Shown: in pieces, positions 11,568 through 24,724 of the stretch
Position numbering within the stretch: position 1 is the stretch's first letter
How the letters are laid out: each line of letters starts with the position of its first letter
Assembly (NCBI RefSeq): GCF_009914755.1
Contig: NC_060930.1
Source: the human T2T-CHM13v2.0 reference genome, Homo sapiens
Reading direction: 5' to 3' (one strand)
Length of the DNA stretch: 64,000 nucleotides
Notes under the pieces: model-generated
Told to the model about the DNA's origin: nothing
Seen by the model: only the letters and a program-made list of their open reading frames with translations
The model's database searches: none
Made by a program: the position numbers and the translations under genes

Positions 11568-14211
11568 TCTTTTTTTGCTTAAAATATTTGTTTATTTTTA
11601 CTGGTCATAAAGTGTTGGTTATAGAGATTTGGGAATATATCTTTAAAATACAATGAAAAAAATCATCTGCAATCTCTCCAGAGAGACATTTTGGTATATA
11701 TATTTACGTATATATTAAACCTTTAAAAATTATACAGTACATATTGTTTTATGACAAAGCTAACGTAGCTAAGCCTTACAAGGTACATTCATTTTGTGTG
11801 TTTGTTTTTCTTTTGTTTTGTTTTGAGCTTGGGAATAAGCACATCGTTTAGTTGTATTATACTTTATGTTGGCACCTTCCCTTGGGATGCTTCCTCCTTT
11901 TTTTTCTTTCTAGTGCCACATTTTTATTTATAGTTTAAATTTGTGCTTGTTTTTTTTGTATACTCACAGATCACTGCACCTAAATGATCACAAATGAAAA
12001 AGGGATCAATTGATTTTCTTACATCCTCCTACATCCTTATTGCAGGAAAGCATATTACCAAGCAGCTAGTTCTGTATCTTTTAACTTGTTAAAAGTTATT
12101 TGCCTGATACCTGACCAGAAGTTTTTCCATAGTGTTATAGACTCACTTCTTTCTAATAATCTTTTGTATTCCTGAAAGTCACCTCAAGTCACATTAAATC
12201 ACCAAAACCTTCCCATCTTTAAGGACTGCTGCATGCTTTTTAAAGCTTTCTTGATAGGTCCTATTTTCTATGCCTATCATCGCTTTCCTTGCACATCTCC
12301 TGACTCTCTGATCTCTTCACACTTCCTAAAAATGTGAAACTCTAAATTAGATACTGTCAAGTATGTTATAACTGACCAAACTTCATCTTTTCTGAGCAAG
12401 CCTCCCTATCCTTTTGCTATCTTAGACAAATTTTATCTTATATTTCCTCTTCTAAATCAAAACTTACTGGAATGGCCAAGAAAGTAAAGGAGATAATCCC
12501 TCCCACATACCCTACAGTTAAGCAGTTCCCTTCCTGCTACATGGAATAGTTGTATGCTTCATTATAAAAACTCTTAGAATGAAAAGCATGGCTTGAATTT
12601 AAGAATTTCCTCTTGAGATTGAGGAAATGCCAGAACCTTGGGCGGGGACTGATCTCTGTTCTAGTGTGGTCCGGCCTCTTCTATGTATTGGCCTCTAAAC
12701 TCTTGTTATTGACCCTGCCACTGACTGGTTACAAATTACAGAAAATTCTTAGTTTTGTTTTAAAAAAACAGTCAATATTCATAATTTAAACAGAATTTTC
12801 CTCTGTTATAGTTCCATTGTTCTACATCGTTTTTGTTTTTTTTTAACTTACTACTATAGATTCTAAGTCCCTTTGGACTCTCCTGTGAACTCTGAAAAAT
12901 GGTCTCTCCTTACTCAGGAATGTTTTCCATTGTAGTGGTCATGTAGAACACGCTGATTTTTGGCAGAAAGGAAAGGCCTTGGCTAAGTGCTGCCTATAAA
13001 GCCACTCCCCATTCCTCCTTACTTCTGTGCTACCTGCCGTGGTAGTACTGAGGTGAGGTAGGTGTCAAATGATCTCATGCTCACTTTTGTGAGGTTTGGA
13101 TGTTCTACTCCTACAATAGCAGCTTTCCCAATCTTGCAGCTCAAGTATCTCCCAAAACTGGAAGCCACAGCTAATCAGGTCTCCATCACTGCTCCATGTC
13201 CCTTCTGTTCAAATTCCTGGGATCGCTGCACTAGATATCCACACCTCCTGGGGGTTGCGGATCTAGATTTTTTACCATCCCCCAAAGCATGCCAACTCTT
13301 CTGTCCCTCTCACCTTCCTTACCTAGAATGTTGGCCTCACTTTCTCCTCCACACCTCTCTTGTTAGAGGCCTTGTTTCTAGGGGCCAACCGCTTGCCCAT
13401 GTGTGGGAAGATCCTGTGTTCCTACAGCTGTTTTTTTGAAAGAGTTTTCATATCCTTTTTACTTTTGTATTCAATGCAGCTGACCATCTTATTTATAACA
13501 ATTTATTTTTAGTAAATGTTATTTCTTTAACCTTAAAAGTGAATATCAGCATATTTTATCTTTCTAATGATGCTTTTTACCTATCATTTACTTTTAAGGG
13601 GGAGGAGGGAGGAATCACAAATAGCTCAAGAAGAATCATATGTATTAGCCCAGGTGCCTTTTTTATTCCACAAAACCATGGATGTGGAGAAAATTCCTTA
13701 CACTGAGCCTCAGGGAAGACCCTGCTCCTACCCAGTCAACTACAGGAGACTGACAATACCAATAAAGAAACCCAGACAGCCAGATGAAAAAGATAACTCT
13801 CTTATGTTTTTCCCAGGATATTTCAGTCCCTCTGAGAGTGGGTTTGTGCACTAAAAACCCAGGTCTGTGATTGACATATAATCAGATTCACCCATGGAGG
13901 TTTAGCAACTCAGTCTCTCAAAACTAAACTTAGATAATAGCAAAATAGTTTTGAACATTCTTCTTTAGAATATTTCTATGGGAGCCATAACAGAAAGATT
14001 ATGTCCACGTTATTACAATTTTTAATGAAGACTTTTTAAATGCAGAATATACATGACTTAATTGATTCATCTTCTAGATATAGTTTAAATTAATGTTTCC
14101 CCTGAGTTAAATCTATGTATACCCCTTATACACTGAGAACTGAGCAGAAGCAACTGGAGCCAGGCTTATCTCAGGAGTTTTTGGAACAGGGGCTTGGGTA
14201 TGCTTCACTTT

Positions 14212-14716
14212 TGTATTCATCAGTGTTCTCCAGAGAAACAGAACCAATAAGAGACCATATATATATAAAATGAGAAATTGGCTCACATGATTTTGGAAGC
14301 TGAGGAGTCGCATGATCTGCCATCTGCAAGCTGGAGAACTAGGAAAGCCAGTGATGTAATTCATTTTGAGTCCAGAAGCCTGAGAACAGGAAGAAAAGGA
14401 GCTGTTGGTGTAAGTCTCTTCATCCAAAAGCCTGAGAACCAGGAGCTCTGATGTCTGAGGGCAGAAGATGAATGTCCCTGCTCCAGAAGAGAGAAAGAGT
14501 GAATTTGCCTTTCTTCTGCCTTTTTGTTCTGTCTGGGCTCTCAGCAGATTGGAACACTTGCCCACATTGGTGAGGGCAATCTTCTTTGCTCAGTGGACTG
14601 ATTCAAATGCTATTCTTTTCTGGGAACACCATCACAGATACCTGGAAATAATATTTTACTAGCCATCTGGGCACCTCTTAGCTTGGTCAAATTGGCACAT
14701 AAAATTGACCATCACA
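14212..14716 (-). mobile_element. MLT2 (ERVL) solo LTR, MLT2B-like
   Basis: TGTATT...TTCTCCAGAGAAACAGAACCAATA start and ...CATAAAATTGACCATCACA end; TG...CA termini. Confidence 0.85.
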
Positions 14717-14989
14717 GATTTCAATTTTTTTGTTTATATGTTGGGAGAAACTCTTCCCAGTACAGTACTCTTGGGATTGTGGAATGAATATTTTTTAAAG
14801 GCTTTTTTTAAAGCATAACTGACCTTCTAGTAAAGTTACAGGAATTTGTGGAGGCCAGATACGAGTGCAGGCCAGTAGCTCCTATAGACAGACACTCTCA
14901 CGCTGGTTATGTAACTGAGGCATGTGACTGCTGCTCGTAGTGTTCTAGAACCTGGGTTTTAACAGTTGCCAATATGGCATTCAAAAGGA

Positions 14990-17065
14990 AAGGCTTGGAA
15001 CGCAGCAAATGTGAAATGTTGGACCAGAGACCTAGAGTAAATCCAGGAAACTCTCAGTGGATGAGCTAGGATGAAATCTGTCCCATAAGAAAGGAAATAG
15101 GGAAATGTGCCTGTCTGAGTTTTGGTCTGTTGATAGCAAAATAAATAGGAAAAACATTTCTCCTTTGAGAATTTCTGACCATAGCCCATATGTATGCATA
15201 TTTGGGGCTAGAAAGCATATTATCTGTATGAATTTAAAACCACTGAAGCTAAAATTTAATTTTAAGTAGTCTCAGATTGGTAGTTTCCCTAGGTGTTTGG
15301 CATAAACAATTACAGATCCTCTGGAAGAATGCATTTTAAAATAGGATCTCAAAGAATTCCCACAGGTCAAGTTCTAAGGACTATGAGCTACTAATTTTTT
15401 AACATTTTAAACAAATCACATGAGAAAGAGGCAGCGTAACAATAAGCTACAGAAACAGACCTGCAAAGATTACAGATGTTGGAATTACTAGATAAAGAAT
15501 TAAAGTAAATATGTTTAAAGAAATATAAGACAGTTTTCATTGTATGACACGGGAGAAAGAGATTATCAAAAATTGATCAGGTAGATCTGAAAAAAACAAC
15601 AAATAGAATTTCTAGAAATGAAAATGTAATAATTGATATTAGAAACCAATATAGAGATAAAACAACAGCTGTGATTCTACTAAAGAGAGAATTAGCGAAC
15701 TGAAAGTTAGTTCTTCAGACTTTATTCAGGACGCAGGACAAAAATAGAAAGATGAAAATATGAAACATGTTAATTGACATGGAGAGTGAGAATGTGCAAT
15801 ATGAACTCAGATTCCGGAAGGAGATTATAGAGAGAAAGGGAGATGGGCACTAAAGAGATAATGGCAACAGATTTTTCAGAATTAATAAAAGACACAAATG
15901 CCTAGGTTCTGACAATCTAGTGAATACCAAGCAAGGTATTCACTGCATTTAGAATGAAAATAAGACCACATTTAGACGTATCGTAATAAAACTGCAGAAC
16001 CCTAAGGAGACAATCTTACACAAAACAAAGGAAAGATAAAGACTACCCACAAAATAGTAACAATTAGACAAACAATGACATCTAGAGAAGTGTAATAATA
16101 CCAACAAAACCTACAATTACATATGTAATAAAATTATCCTTTAAAAAAGAGGGTATATTGAAGATATTTTCTAATAAATAAAAGTAGAGTTTCCTACTAA
16201 CAGATTTTCAGCAAGGGAACTTCAAATGATGTACTTCAGGGAACTAAACTGAAGAAGGAATGGTAAGTAAATAATATGGCAAACATGAAGGCAAATCTAT
16301 ACAAATATTAATTGTTCAAATCATAATGATACTGTTTTGTTTGTGAGGTATGAATCTGGAAAAAAATTAAACCATAGGCAAGAACAGTATTCAAATTAGG
16401 AAGTGGTGGTTGGGATTAAAATGTTCCAAGGTCCTTGTATTGATTTGGAGGAGGGTAAAATTAACTTTAAACACTGGAGTATTACATTTCTTAAGTAACC
16501 ACTAAAAGAATAGAAATAGAACCCCTAATTTAAAACCTATTAGAGGGAAGACAATAAAATGAGGGAGGGAAATTCAATAACTCCAAGAGAAGGGAAAATG
16601 TGCAGCAGAGAGAAGAAACAATACATGAGACAAATCAAAAGTCCAAAACATCACCAAAATGAGTAGAAATATATCAGAAATCAGTATCAATGTCAATGCA
16701 CAAACTTTTCCAGTTAAAAAATAAGTCAGCAGCATAAATTTTTAATATTCTAGATGTACGATGATTATAAAAGATACACTTAAAAATGGAAATACCAAAA
16801 AAAGATTGAAAATACAATAAGGAAAAAAATAAATTTGGTAAACTCCAAAAAGAGAGCTACTTTAGATATATTCGATATAAACTTTAAGACAAAAATGTTA
16901 CTTAGTGATAAGACTCACTACCTATTGATTAAATTTTAGTTAGAGTTAAACAATCCTAAGCCTGTAAAAATACCTAGTAATATTGATTCAAAATAGATAA
17001 AGTAAAAACTGTCCTAGCAAAGTGGGAGATTTTGAAAGTGACTTTCAATAATGGTAGAGCAAGAA
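14990..17065 (+). mobile_element. Ancient L1M fragment spanning ORF1 to the start of ORF2 (endonuclease)
   Basis: A-rich ORF1-type motifs; ORF2 N-terminal 'ATCAATGTCAATG' and 'GTGGGAGATTTT' (GDFN-motif region); highly decayed. Confidence 0.6.
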
Positions 17066-17276
17066 ATAGTAAAGTGTGTTTGCTATTTTATTTTTAAAAG
17101 AAACAACTTTTCACTTGGATGATACTTTCTGTTATGTCTTTGTTTTATTTTTCATTATTTTTTCCACTCTTTTTATCTTCTTCCTGATTTATTCTTGGAG
17201 CTTAAGAAATTTAGTCAAGTATAGAATAGAATAAATTCAAGGTATTAGTAAACTCAAGCATGAAAAAGCAATTTAG

Positions 17277-17592
17277 GGCCAGGCACTGTGGCTCATGCCT
17301 GTAATCCCATCACTTTGGGAAGCTGAGGTGGGTGGATCACTTGAGCCCAGGAACTCGAGACCAGCATGGGCAATATCTCTACAAATAAAAAAGAAAAATT
17401 TTTTTTTTTTTAGTTAGCCAGGAGTGGTGGCACACCTCTGAGGCCTCAGTTACTCTGGAGGCTGAAGTGGAAGGATCTTGTTTAAGCCCCAGCAATTGAG
17501 GTTGCAGTGACCTGTGTTCACACCGCTGCACTCCAGCTTGGGCAACAGAGTGAGACCCTGTCAAAAAAAAAAAAGAAAGAGAGAGAGAGAGA
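17277..17592 (+). mobile_element. AluJ
   Basis: Dimeric Alu starting GGCCAGGCACTGTGGCTCATGCC, with A/GA-rich tail. Confidence 0.9.
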
Positions 17593-17664
17593 GAAGGAAG
17601 GAAGGAAGGAAGGAAGGAAGGAAGGAAGGAAGGAAGGAAGGAAGGAAGGAAGGAAGGAAGGAAG
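17593..17664 (+). repeat. (GAAG)18 / (GGAA)17 microsatellite
   Basis: Uninterrupted tetranucleotide array in the Alu tail. Confidence 0.95.
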
Positions 17665-17684
17665 AAAAAAAGAAAGGCAATTTA

Positions 17685-17825
17685 GGTCAGGTACAGTGGC
17701 TCACTCCTGAAATCTCAACACTTTGGGAGGCTGAGGTGGGAGGAGGATTGCATGAGGCCAGGAGTTCAAGACCAGCCTGGCCAACATGATGAGACCTCAT
17801 CTCTATTTTCAAAATAAAAATATTT
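17685..17825 (+). mobile_element. Alu left monomer / FLAM
   Basis: Single left arm 'GGTCAGGTACAGTGGCTCAC...GAGACCTCATCTCTA' plus A-rich tail. Confidence 0.8.
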
Positions 17826-18491
17826 TTTAAAAACAAACAAGGTAATGGATGTGGATGTTCTATATTATTCATTGTTATGAAATGACATTATTATTTTCAT
17901 ATATAATATACTATGCACAAGAACATTTGTAATGTAGTCAATACTTTTATAGACTGATATTATCAAAGACTATAATGTAAAATAACACCTTGATGGTATG
18001 TTTTCAAAACCAAATTTAATCCTTAAAGACCATTACAGTAAAACTTAAGTTATTATCATGATTCCTCTGTTCAAATGAATATAATGTATTATTGTTTTTC
18101 GAAATGTGCACCCTAGAAGGATGTGTCTTTGGTCTGACTCCAAAATTTTAAACACCATCTTCAAAATCTGTTTCAAAGTAAGAAGAACTGTATGGCTCAG
18201 ATTGTTGCAATCCATCATGGTAACTCTAGATGTCTTGAAATACCACTAGCAGTAAAGTTCTGTATTTTCTGAAGCTTCCTAGGTAGCTTTGAAACCCATA
18301 ACAGTTAGCAAATGATTGGTTGGCATGTTTATATTTCATGGTCACAGTTTAAGCTAAAATTTCACTCCCTGAAAATAAGGTTAGAGGTGAGTTCCACCTG
18401 GATGATTAAGAGCCATTATTGACAACACAGAATAAAAGTTTCAGAACCACATTTTTCTTGGTGCTAAGACATGCGTGGAAGAGAAAGAAAT

Positions 18492-18619
18492 AATGACGAG
18501 TTAATGGGTGCAGCACACCAGCATGGCACATGTATACATATGTAACTAACCTGCACATTGTGCACATGTACCCTAAAACTTAAAGTATAATAATAATAAA
18601 ATTAAATTAAATTAAAAAA
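18492..18619 (+). mobile_element. Young L1PA (L1PA3-like), 5'-truncated to about 130 bp
   Basis: Near-perfect L1 3' end AATGACGAGTTAATGGGTGCAGCACACCAGCATGG...AAAACTTAAAGTATAATAA; TSD AAAGAAAT at 18484-18491 and 18620-18627. Confidence 0.9.
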
Positions 18620-21600
18620 AAAGAAATTGTTTCTTACAGAAAAATTGCATAGAACTCATGAAATGACAACATTAAGAGTAGAAGTCAATACTCAATGGTG
18701 ACCATCAAGAAACACCCTTTAAATAATAAGTCCTTGGGACCCAAAGCATGTACTTCCCAGTAAGCTCTTGTTACCTAGGATCTCAAACTAGGTAATTCAA
18801 GAAGCTCCAACCTAGTTAGAGATACCATCCTGGAATAGGGCTTAGTTAGGCCTAAGGTCTACAACAGACTCTGCAATTAATTTAACATTAGCAGAAGCAT
18901 TTTACAAATTACTGTGAACATTTCTTCCAGCCATAATCTTTTACAGTTTCTTTTGTGTTTTTTAAAAGGTCATCTATTTGAATTCCTTCTTCTAAGCAAG
19001 AGTACAAATAGTCTCTTATTCTTTGACCTTTCATTCGTTTCCCTAGTCTTTGAATATCAGGAAGCAGAGAGAAATCTGTTTCTCTCTCCACCTACCTTAC
19101 AACAGCAAAGACTTTTGTCAAATTGCTAGTGAATCGGCCACAGCTTGCCCTGGGTACTTGTTCAAATTCCTCTGAGTGATTTAGAAAACAGCAATTTCTG
19201 CCTATTTTCTAGGATGTGATGTTTTCCTGACAAAGCACAGGACACAAGTAACAATATAACATATACTATGAGAGTGTCTCCCCACGGTGGGGACAAGATG
19301 ACCACACATCCTGGTTGGCCTACAACAATGTTGTGTTGTGCCAGTGTCCTGGAAAAACTATCAAGAGCAAGACTCTCAAAAGTTTTTCCAGATGATGGAG
19401 TACCTGGCTCTACCATATGTGGAGCAGATTTCCCAGAAATCCAGTCCAAGGAATTTCCAAGCTCCACCACAGTGTGGAATCTCTCCCAGATACTCTGTTA
19501 AAGGGAGTAACACACTAAGTGAAACCTTCTCTCCTCAGGACCAAGATACCATCCAACTTCTGAGTAAGCAACCAATGCCCTAACTCCACTTTTCCTGCTT
19601 CTCCCTTTCAGTCCTCCAAAGGACAAGAGTATTCTGCACCTGAATTTCTAGGGAGGGTCCAGCAGGAACTGTCTTTCGAGTCTTTCAACATCAGGATATA
19701 GGATTTGTGGCAAAAAAGAAAAATATGTACCATACATGTCTGTCTTCACACACACAAAAATAAGTCTTCTGGAAGGACTTTGCAGGAAAACATGGGTACT
19801 TTAGTGTGTGATGTCTGTGGGTTTGAACTTCGGGGCACATCCAGATATGTAGGAATAACACATCAGTGTATTTTCTGTGACTCAACCCATTTTAACTTAG
19901 CCACTAGTGAAAGTAGGAAGAAAACTTCACCTCAGTCACATTTAGGGCTCTCCCCTCCCTTTAGAAAAGATCTTGGGCCATGATTCCAAAATCTTTCCCC
20001 ATATCAGAGATAGGGTAGAGATTCTGTGACTATGGTCAGGGTCAGGATTAGTCAGGAGATTTAGTCACCACCAAATTGCACCTGCTGTCTTGGCTGCATA
20101 GCTCCTTCTTGTCCAGCAGCTCTTGGCAGCTCCTGATGCCACACTTGAAGCACAGGTATACTTTTTTTAAAGCTGCCAACAGACCACTCTGCCTAGATGT
20201 ATCAGTGATAGCATTAGCAAGAGGCAGAGCCAGTATCTTCACTGCTCTGAGACCCGTGTTTCCCCATTTCTTCCCCCTAGCTCTTCTGAGTCCAGGAGGA
20301 ATATCTTTCTTGTGTGGGGCAGGAGTTAAGTGCTGCTTTTTCCCTTGGTTATCCAGAACTCTGCATTTACTGGAAAATCCTTATTCCTTTATCTCTTCTG
20401 CAAATTACTCTTCAGGTTTTAGGCTTTGGGAAAATAAAAGCCAGAAAGATTTGCAGGCTAATTTTGCATTAGCCCTGCCACATTTCCCCTGAGGCAACAT
20501 AACAGAAAGTCAGCTACCAGCTTGAATAAGGGTAGGAATAGAGAAAAATAAGGGAAGGGGAAAACATCTCAAAACAGTATCTAGCCACGAAATCAACAGG
20601 AAAACAAAATCAAACAGTGTTAAGTTGCTCTCTCCTTATCCGTATAGTAACCTGATGAAAATGTGTTTTCTTCAGGGAAGCATTCCCTGAGGAGTGTAGG
20701 CACTCCTTTATAAATATTCTATTGAAAATCAGACCTGGCAACAGTGAATCTTCGTGACTTCCTGCACAACCCCAGGAAGTGAGCTGTGGCTTGCCACTCA
20801 GACAAGGCCACCTAGACAAGGCCAGTACCCTTCACTTGGCCACAGTCTCTGTTACTCATCCAGTAGACCCTTGAATTTGAGAGCCTTGGTCCAAGCACCT
20901 GTGTTGTAAGTTCTGTGATGTCAAAGATTGGGGTTTTTTTGTTGATTACAACAAGCACAGTGTCTGGCACATATTAGGACTTGATGTGTATGTCTACAAT
21001 GAATAGATTCAAACCTCCTCTCCCTCCCAAAACCCATAACATTTTGTTTTTATTCAACTCTGCCTTATTAATCCTCCCTCCCAAAAGGATTTGATGTATT
21101 TATTATACATGACAACTGTATCCTGACACTTACCTGCAATATACAAGGTTGAGCAGAGTGAGTCTTCTCCTCAGTGGCCTCCAGCCAGAGGAAATACTCA
21201 TATGACCTCCTGGGCCTCTCTGGGTCACGATATCTGGGCTGCTGCCTCTACACACACACACCCCAACATATACCCTAGCTGTATCTGGAGTCAACCTCAT
21301 TGTGTGTCTAATATCAGTCAGTCTCCCCATCTAGAACGTGAACTCTAGGAGAGGAGTAAGAAGAGTTCTGGTTCCATTGTACCCCCAAGCCCAGCACAGC
21401 ACCTGCCATCAGAAAGGGTACTTTCTACTCTACGAGAGTAAAAGAAAGATAATAGCGCCCCCACCCCCACACCCTTACTTAAATTCCAAATGTTTCTCAG
21501 GTGCACAGTTCCAGGGTAACAAAGCATGTTTTACTTCAGGTTCCTTTATTTTATGCATTGCCATAGCTGCATGGCAAAAGCATTTACTCCTTTTGTACTA

Positions 21601-21729
21601 AATCACTGTCTTCCTCCTCCCTTCCCAATCTTTAGTTTTTTAAACTATTCCTAAGATAATATAAGTATTTCATTTTGACTAAGTTTACTGGGATTGGGTC
21701 TGCCCAATTTTCAAATAACAAATACATAG

Positions 21730-21850
21730 TGGTTCAACATTCATGGCATTCATTCAGTAAGCATTGACTGAGCTGCTTTTATTTGCTAGATACCAAGCTA
21801 GGTGCTAGAGATATAAAAGTGAATAGGACCTGTAGTCCACAGTCTCTAAA
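21730..21850 (-). mobile_element. L2 3' fragment
   Basis: 'CATTCATTCAGTAAGCATTGACTGAGC...CTAGGTGCTAGAGATATAAAAGTGAA' L2 tail motif. Confidence 0.6.
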
Positions 21851-23368
21851 TGAGGCCATAAATGATCCATCCCCAGGGAAATGGTGAACTCAGAGAACCC
21901 CACAATGCAAATCAAGGTACAGCTTTTCCTGTCTGATGAACTGTTAAGGACTTAAGATAAGTTTCCTAGACAACTTGAACCAAAGCCAGCTTCCCAGGGT
22001 TTTGGGTTATCTTCTAAAGCTGATGTAGTCATAAATTTTCTATAGACTCCCAGCCCTTCCAGAGATTCCTCTGTTTTCCCATATCAATCCAATTACTCAT
22101 GCCCAACTGTCTCTCATTCTATCTCTCTATCTCATTCTATCTCTCTGGACCTTTATTCTGGAGAGATCTCATTTTCTTGTAATGTGTACAAGTTGTGATT
22201 TGTTCACTACCCCATGCTCTCTGTCACTGACTCAAAATCTGAAATGAGATAATGTATGTAACAACAGCCTGCACTAGGCAGGCATGTGAATGTTACCTCT
22301 CTTCTCCCTTCTTCCCCAAAATGCCAATGCTGAAATTGCTTCTCTGTCAAATGGAGCACTCACATTTTGAGAGCTTGTTTTTATTTCTATTTCTTTCTCC
22401 CTCACCATCTTTGCCGAGACTGACAAATGTTCCAGTTAATGCCAAGCCCCCTTCCCTCAGATGTAAGAAAAAAGAGGCCTGAAAATTGTAACCAACTCAT
22501 GAAAATAGTTCTCTGAGCAGATAAGTGAAAGTGAAACAACAAAAAGAAGTTGAATTTTTTCCTGCACTGTTTCACCTTTTGGTCATGACAAGACTTCTTC
22601 AATGATAATGGAATGTACACTTTGCTCTGTTTTTTCCTTGACAGCCCTTAATCAGTTTTCCCCTAGTTATCCAGCGCGTGGGTGGCTGGAGGGACTTCTC
22701 CCAAAGCTTCAAGATGAAATGACTTTCTGAGAGATGTATGAACCAAGACTCCAGCCCACTCAAAGTACAGATCCTAATGAGTCATTTCAATTTTAGGAAG
22801 CATATTAATCTAAAAGGTGCCTGAGCCAGAAAACAAAATTCTCTTGACTGTGAGAGTTAAAAATAGTTTTTGTTACAAGCAAAGGGGAAACTCCTCCTAG
22901 CATATAAATCATTCACCATTGCCACATGGAAGATGTCAACTTAGGCTGGTGTCTCTGGCTTTTGCCAGACACAGAGTTGTTTCAAAAATAATGGCATAAA
23001 TTCCTATTGCCCAATTCCTCTGGGACCACTACATAAAGCACTTAATTCATATTCTGTCAAGTCATTGAGCAGTCAGCACTTACCAAAGAACTTAATACTG
23101 AATGTGATTGCTTCATTATGTGTAACTATCTTTAACTTGAGCAATAATGCTATGGGGTCACTTAGAACTTGACACAGAGTCGCAGATTGAAGGGGAGGTC
23201 TGCTGCCACAGACACCAGCTGACCTCCTGACAAAATGATTCACTTTTTCCTGGTAGTGGCACTCCAGATTCTCAGAAAATTCCTTTTACATTTGTTATAC
23301 TTTTGTCTTTCAAGTTGTCTTCATTTACTAAAGTTCAGTGAAAGAAAATCACAGTATAGGAAAAACTA

Positions 23369-23672
<304 letters not shown>

Positions 23673-24012
23673 CTATACTTCTGGTTGAAATCCCTTAAAC
23701 TTATTGGACAGTGCATTGGTAATTCAGTATCATGTTTCTTAAAGAAAAAGAAAAACAAGATCTTTTAAGGCTGAATAATATCTCATTGTATATATACACC
23801 ACATTTTCTTTATCCTTTCATTCATTAACAGACACTTACGTTGTTTCCATATCTTGGCTATTGTGCTTTGATGAACAAGAGAGTACAGATATCTCTTCAA
23901 CATACTGATTTCATTTCCTTTGGGTATATACCCAGAAAAGGCATTTCTCGGTCATATGATAGTTTTATTTCTTACTTTTTTGAGGAAGTTTCATAACCTG
24001 CACTGATTGACA

Positions 24013-24312
<300 letters not shown>

Positions 24313-24724
24313 AACTTACATTCTTACCAGCAATGTACAAAGATTCCCTCTTCTCTAGACCATCAGTGACACCTGTTATCTCTTGTTTTCTTGATAATAG
24401 CCATTCTAACAGGTGTGAGTAATATCACACTGTAGTTTGATTTGCATTTTCCTAATGATTAGTGATGTTGAGCACCTTTTCATATATACTTGGCCATTTT
24501 TTATGTCTTCATTGAAGAAATGTCTATTCAGGTACTTTGCCCATTTTTAAAATCAGATTATTATTATCATTTTACTATTAAACTGTATAAATGTCTTACT
24601 ATATATTTTAGATATTAACGCCTTAGCAGATATATGGTTCACAAATGTTTTCTCCCAATCAGTAGGCTGTCTTTTGATTTTGTTGATTGTATACTTTGCT
24701 ATGCAGAAGTTTTTGAGTTTGATC

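Noticed and set aside
13080-13260. Minus-strand peptide WSSDGDLISCG resembling a WD40 strand
   Set aside because: Single short motif with a nearby in-frame stop, poor acceptor and no further WD repeats
14113-14565. 150-aa minus-strand ORF
   Set aside because: Lies mostly within the MLT2 LTR; chance ORF
17507-17789. KEGR-repeat ORFs (also 47497-47959)
   Set aside because: Translation of GGAA microsatellites
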